From an uncultured virus (IMG/VR IMGVR_UViG_3300037147_000124) (taxonomy: Duplodnaviria > Heunggongvirae > Uroviricota > Caudoviricetes), in IMG/VR virus record IMGVR_UViG_3300037147_000124, positions 54,196 to 74,195 of that record: 20,000 nucleotides of DNA; one strand, given 5' to 3'. Shown here one piece after another: positions 16,199-20,000 of the stretch. The notes beneath the pieces are model-generated. The model made no database searches and had not been told where the DNA came from. It was given only the letters and a program-made list of their open reading frames with translations. How positions within the stretch are numbered: position 1 is the first letter of the stretch; every line of letters starts with the position of its first letter. A program made the translations under genes and the position numbers.

Positions 16199-16843
16199 AT
16201 GCTTTATCCCGGCGACATCCGCACCTTCCTGCTTTCCCTTTCGCATACCGACGGATCCGCCCCTACCGTCACCACTGCCCCGCTGATCACGGTGATTCGT
16301 CTCATCGACGGCGTGTCGGTGACGACTGCTCAGGCAATGGTGCTGGTGACCGGAACCTCGCTCGTCTATGCCTATCCCTGGAACACCGCCGGGTTGGCAA
16401 ATGGTGATTACCTGGCCGTGGTCTCCTACGCCGCTGACGGCGCGACCATCAATGGCAGGTTCCTCGAGAACGTGCGCCTAGGCGATACCCGCGTCACCGG
16501 ACTGGTTGCGCTGGACTCAACCGTCGCTCACGACGCCACGGTGGCTAAGGACGCAACCGTTGCGCACCTGGCGGACCTGGCGACGATCAATCCCAGCACT
16601 TCGGCAGCGGTCCTCGCCATCAAGGCCAAGACCGACACATTGCCCACCAACCCCGCCAGTCAGGACTCTCTCCTGGCTCTGACGCAGCTGATCACCGACG
16701 TTCACGACGTCTCGCTGGGCACATGGGTGGTGGATAAAACGCAGAACCCGAAGGTCCTGACCTTCCGCCGCCTGGATGGTTCCGTCCTGGCCAACTTCCA
16801 GATTACTGAAGACACCAACTCAGCCACCCGCACTGTCCGCTAA
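16199..16843 (+). CDS. Hypothetical virion structural protein (214 aa)
   Basis: GGAG RBS before ATG 16199. Beta-rich N-terminal domain, three hexapeptide repeats ([18 protein letters not shown]), TAATG-coupled to the next gene. Confidence 0.75.
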   Translation: MLYPGDIRTFLLSLSHTDGSAPTVTTAPLITVIRLIDGVSVTTAQAMVLVTGTSLVYAYPWNTAGLANGDYLAVVSYAADGATINGRFLENVRLGDTRVTGLVALDSTVAHDATVAKDATVAHLADLATINPSTSAAVLAIKAKTDTLPTNPASQDSLLALTQLITDVHDVSLGTWVVDKTQNPKVLTFRRLDGSVLANFQITEDTNSATRTVR

Positions 16844-17445
16844 TGAGTCAGAGCACAGACCTTACGCGTTACTACACCCGCCCTCAGGTCGACGCAAAGC
16901 TTGCTGGCCTAATCGGTGGAACCGGCCCTACCGGACCTACCGGTACGGCCGGCGTTACTGGTGCTGCCAGCACAGTTCCTGGACCAACTGGTCCCACCGG
17001 ATCTGCCAGCACAGTTCCTGGACCCACCGGAGCAACTGGGGCCAACAGCACGGTAGCAGGTCCTACTGGGCCGACGGGTTTGACCGGATCTACTGGAGCA
17101 GCCGGCGCCGCGGCGCCGCTCTCCATCGGATTCATCATCAATATCGGCACTGCTGGAACGAATGTGGGGCCAATGCTGCCCGCCACTCGCGTGGCAGGTT
17201 TTACTAAATGTGTCGTCACTGTGAAGTTCTCGGATACGGTTACTGCTCTTTCCTTCCGAATCAAGCAGAACGGAACGAGTGTCTTCACAACTAACCCGAC
17301 CATAGCAGCTGGCACCTCTTCAGGCACTGTGTCCACATTTACAGCGCTCACCTCGAGTCCACTGACCGTTGCTGCGAACGATCTGTTCACCATCGACATC
17401 CTGACTGGCACCGCCAACTGGCAATTCACCGCAGTGATGGAGTAA
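16843..17445 (+). CDS. Collagen-like (Gly-X-Y) fibre protein (200 aa)
   Basis: Interrupted GPT/GAT/GST triplets in the N-terminal half, followed by a beta-rich C-terminal domain. Confidence 0.85.
   Translation: MSQSTDLTRYYTRPQVDAKLAGLIGGTGPTGPTGTAGVTGAASTVPGPTGPTGSASTVPGPTGATGANSTVAGPTGPTGLTGSTGAAGAAAPLSIGFIINIGTAGTNVGPMLPATRVAGFTKCVVTVKFSDTVTALSFRIKQNGTSVFTTNPTIAAGTSSGTVSTFTALTSSPLTVAANDLFTIDILTGTANWQFTAVME
16964..17024 (+). repeat. 22-bp direct repeat within the collagen region
   Basis: CTGCCAGCACAGTTCCTGGACC at 16964-16985 and 17003-17024 (39-bp period, in frame). Confidence 0.85.
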
Positions 17446-17452
17446 TCCGCAA

Positions 17453-18616
17453 ATGGCAGCATCCCTCAGCTATCTCCTCAATGACAGCTCTACCTTCGCT
17501 AACTACTTCGCGTGGGCGAGTTCTTTCGCCACAGCATTTATCGCGGCAGGTTCTTGGGTGCAATCACCCGATACTGGCCAGGTGATGTGGTCCGGGTTGA
17601 GCATCACAGCCGTGAGCATGTCCGGCACAACGATGACCTGCACCTATTCTTCTCAGACAGGTCTCGCCCTGGCTGTTGGCCGTGCTTTGACCGTCACCGG
17701 ATGGACGTCCGGCAACGTCGGCAACAACGGCACCTTCGTCATCACCGGCGGAACTCTTACCGCGGGCAGCGGAACCTTCACTGCGACCAATGCTGCAGGA
17801 GTCACCGTGGCTTCGGGAGGTACTGGGGTAGTCACCGCCCAGGCGACCGCTCCTGGCACGAACGTGTACTTCTATGAAATCTGGCAGCCAAACGATGGTC
17901 TGACGAACTTCTACCTGAAGATGGAGTACGGGAGCTATTCCTCCGGTACCAATGCACCTACCATAGCGGCCACCATCGGGGGAGCCACAAATGGAGCTGG
18001 AATCATTGTTGGTCTTGCCACAGGTCGATTCGTTGGTTCAGTGGTCACGAACACCGCTGCTTCTTCCACCATCCCCTATGAGTGCCGATTCTCAGGCGGA
18101 GCTGGGTACTTCGGAGCCATGCTATGGAGAGGCATCAACAATGGTCAGTTGGTGTATGTGGAGCGTTCGGTCAACTCTTCGGGTGCCTACACTAGCTCCC
18201 ATGTGACTCTGGTAGTCATTGGTGCAGCCGCAGGGACTCAAGCATGTTCGGCCAATCAGCAGACGTACACGCTTGGCGGTCTTGGCCCTGCTCCACAGGT
18301 GTGTTCATCTTCGAACACGAACAACATCAACTATATTGGCCTGTCCATCCGCAATGCTAACCCCCGAACCTCTCTTGTGTTCAACAACAGCGTGCCATTC
18401 GATACATTGGCCCCCGTTGTTGGCTACTACGACTATCCGCTACTTGGACTCGGGGGTACTAACTACCTCAACGTCACTGAAGGCCAAATCCTAGTGACCC
18501 CTGTGTATGGAACGAACCACACCTACATCTGCACTCAGGCGTACCCCTTTTCTTTTGCGTTTGTAGGCGCGGGTTCAAGCAGTGCCGGTCAGTCTCTTGC
18601 TATGAGGTACGAATAA
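17453..18616 (+). CDS. Putative fibre/receptor-binding or surface protein, paralogue A (387 aa)
   Basis: G/S/T/N-rich beta protein that aligns end to end with the next gene. Confidence 0.75.
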   Translation: MAASLSYLLNDSSTFANYFAWASSFATAFIAAGSWVQSPDTGQVMWSGLSITAVSMSGTTMTCTYSSQTGLALAVGRALTVTGWTSGNVGNNGTFVITGGTLTAGSGTFTATNAAGVTVASGGTGVVTAQATAPGTNVYFYEIWQPNDGLTNFYLKMEYGSYSSGTNAPTIAATIGGATNGAGIIVGLATGRFVGSVVTNTAASSTIPYECRFSGGAGYFGAMLWRGINNGQLVYVERSVNSSGAYTSSHVTLVVIGAAAGTQACSANQQTYTLGGLGPAPQVCSSSNTNNINYIGLSIRNANPRTSLVFNNSVPFDTLAPVVGYYDYPLLGLGGTNYLNVTEGQILVTPVYGTNHTYICTQAYPFSFAFVGAGSSSAGQSLAMRYE

Positions 18617-19765
18617 ATGACCGCTAACCTTGTGTACCTCTTGAACGACGCTTCCACGTTCGCCAACTTCTCCCAGTGGGCATCGCAGATTAGCGTCCAG
18701 CTTCAGCTCGCCGGATGGATTCAAAGCAACGACACAGGACAAGTCATGTGGACGGGCTTGACCATCAGTGCTGTGACCTGCACCGGAACCACATCAGTCT
18801 ATACATACGCCTCGCTCACAGGTCTGCCGCTTGCGAATGGTCGTGCCTTGAACATCACAGGCATGGGCAATTCGGTCAACAACGGAACGTTTGTCATCAC
18901 GTCGTTCACCGGCACGACCTCGGGCACCTTCACCGTGACCAACTCAGCCAGTGGCACTACGGCTTCCGGTCAGTCGGGTGTGGTCACAGCGAACACCGTT
19001 GTTCCTGCCACCAACGCCACGGTTTATGAAATCTGGCAACCCAATGACTCGTTGACCAACTTCTTCCTCAAGATACAGTATGGGAACAGTCAGGCCGCGA
19101 ATGCCCCGGTTCTAGTTGCTCAACTCAGCACCACCACCAATGGGGCTGGGGTACCCACAGGCTACGTTACCTCCCAATTTGTAGCGTGTGTGGGCGCACC
19201 CACCGCCCAGAGTGCCACGGTGCCCTGGGAGTGCCGCTTCTCTGGAGGACCCAGCTACTTCGGGGCTCTGATGTGGAGAGGAGTAAACACCGGTCAGTTG
19301 GTGTACATCGAACGCAGCGTGAACTCCAGCGGTGTCTACACCAACACGCACGTCACCTTGGTGGTCATCGGGGACACTAACGGAGGCGGAGTCGTCACGG
19401 TTGCTAACCAGCAGACTCTGTACCTACAGAGCGGACTCGGGGCTTGCCCTGTAGTGTGCTCATCCACGAACTCAAACGCTTACGGCGGTTTGACTATCTC
19501 TGTGCCTAACCCTACCTCCAGAGGCAACCAAGCCTTCAACGGCACCGTGCCTGTGGACTTCATCTCTCCAGTGGTTGGGCTCCTCGATTACCCCCTTTAT
19601 GGATTGGCGGGGACGAACTATCTGGCGGTGTCAGAAGGTCAGATTCTAACGGTATCGGTGTACGGCTCTAACCACACCTACTTCGCCACTCAGGCTACAC
19701 CTTTCTCTCAAGCGTTTCAGGGTTCAAGTGCCGCAGGTAACGCCCTCCTCATGAGGTACGAATAA
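18617..19765 (+). CDS. Putative fibre/receptor-binding or surface protein, paralogue B (382 aa)
   Basis: Shares YLLND.STFAN, DTGQVMW, NNGTFVIT, YEIWQPND.LTNF, ECRFSGG, GQLVY.ERSVNSSG and MRYE with paralogue A. Confidence 0.75.
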   Translation: MTANLVYLLNDASTFANFSQWASQISVQLQLAGWIQSNDTGQVMWTGLTISAVTCTGTTSVYTYASLTGLPLANGRALNITGMGNSVNNGTFVITSFTGTTSGTFTVTNSASGTTASGQSGVVTANTVVPATNATVYEIWQPNDSLTNFFLKIQYGNSQAANAPVLVAQLSTTTNGAGVPTGYVTSQFVACVGAPTAQSATVPWECRFSGGPSYFGALMWRGVNTGQLVYIERSVNSSGVYTNTHVTLVVIGDTNGGGVVTVANQQTLYLQSGLGACPVVCSSTNSNAYGGLTISVPNPTSRGNQAFNGTVPVDFISPVVGLLDYPLYGLAGTNYLAVSEGQILTVSVYGSNHTYFATQATPFSQAFQGSSAAGNALLMRYE

Positions 19766-20000
19766 TGCCCCTGATGGCGCCCACGCCCATTGCGATGGCG
19801 AATCGTGGTAACACGGTCACCAACAGCAACACCGTTGCGGCTACGACACTCACCATGTCTATCGCCAACAACAGTGTGGGTGTGAACGGGGGCAACTCCG
19901 TGGGCGGAAATGTATTGATGGTAGCGGCTATCGCTATCTACACGGCCAGTGTGACGGTCTCCTCCATCACCCCCGGAGCGAACCTCTTCACCGGATGGAC
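19765..20000 (+). CDS. 5' part of a T/N/V/G-rich probable virion protein, truncated by the window edge (MPLMAPTPIAMANRGNTVTNS...)
   Basis: TAATG-coupled start; the frame is open to the end of the window. Confidence 0.7.
   Translation, partial: MPLMAPTPIAMANRGNTVTNSNTVAATTLTMSIANNSVGVNGGNSVGGNVLMVAAIAIYTASVTVSSITPGANLFTGW

Noticed and set aside
16964..17024. CRISPR-like repeat-spacer unit
   Set aside because: Only two copies with a 17-bp gap, in frame within a collagen-coding region.
17453..19765. Diversity-generating retroelement template/variable repeat pair
   Set aside because: Differences between the paralogues are spread over all bases and often synonymous rather than adenine-specific. 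No near-identical repeat or reverse transcriptase is in the window.

Overview
All credible genes lie on the + strand and form a tightly packed morphogenesis module of a large, GC-rich tailed dsDNA phage (GC roughly 60-65% by eye). The order is: two Gly/Ala-rich probable virion genes, a small beta-rich gene, large terminase, two unknown genes, portal, a 60-aa ORF, prohead protease-scaffold fusion, probable capsid decoration protein, a Com-like zinc-finger mini-gene, major capsid protein, a Lys-rich protein and an Ig-like protein. A probable lysis cassette (M15 peptidase, holin-like gene, two membrane proteins) follows. After a terminator come a structural gene and a lower-GC fibre/adhesin module (collagen-like protein, two tandem paralogues, one truncated gene). 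I found no tRNA, rRNA, CRISPR array, integrase, intron or intein. The most interesting signals are (1) a Com-like zinc finger inside structured RNA leaders just upstream of the capsid gene, (2) repeated [ILV]-[KRT]-D motifs suggesting an Asp-specific maturation protease, with a nested scaffold start, and (3) no TGA stops among 22 genes, with pervasive TAATG coupling. All family assignments come from motif recognition by eye, not database searches.
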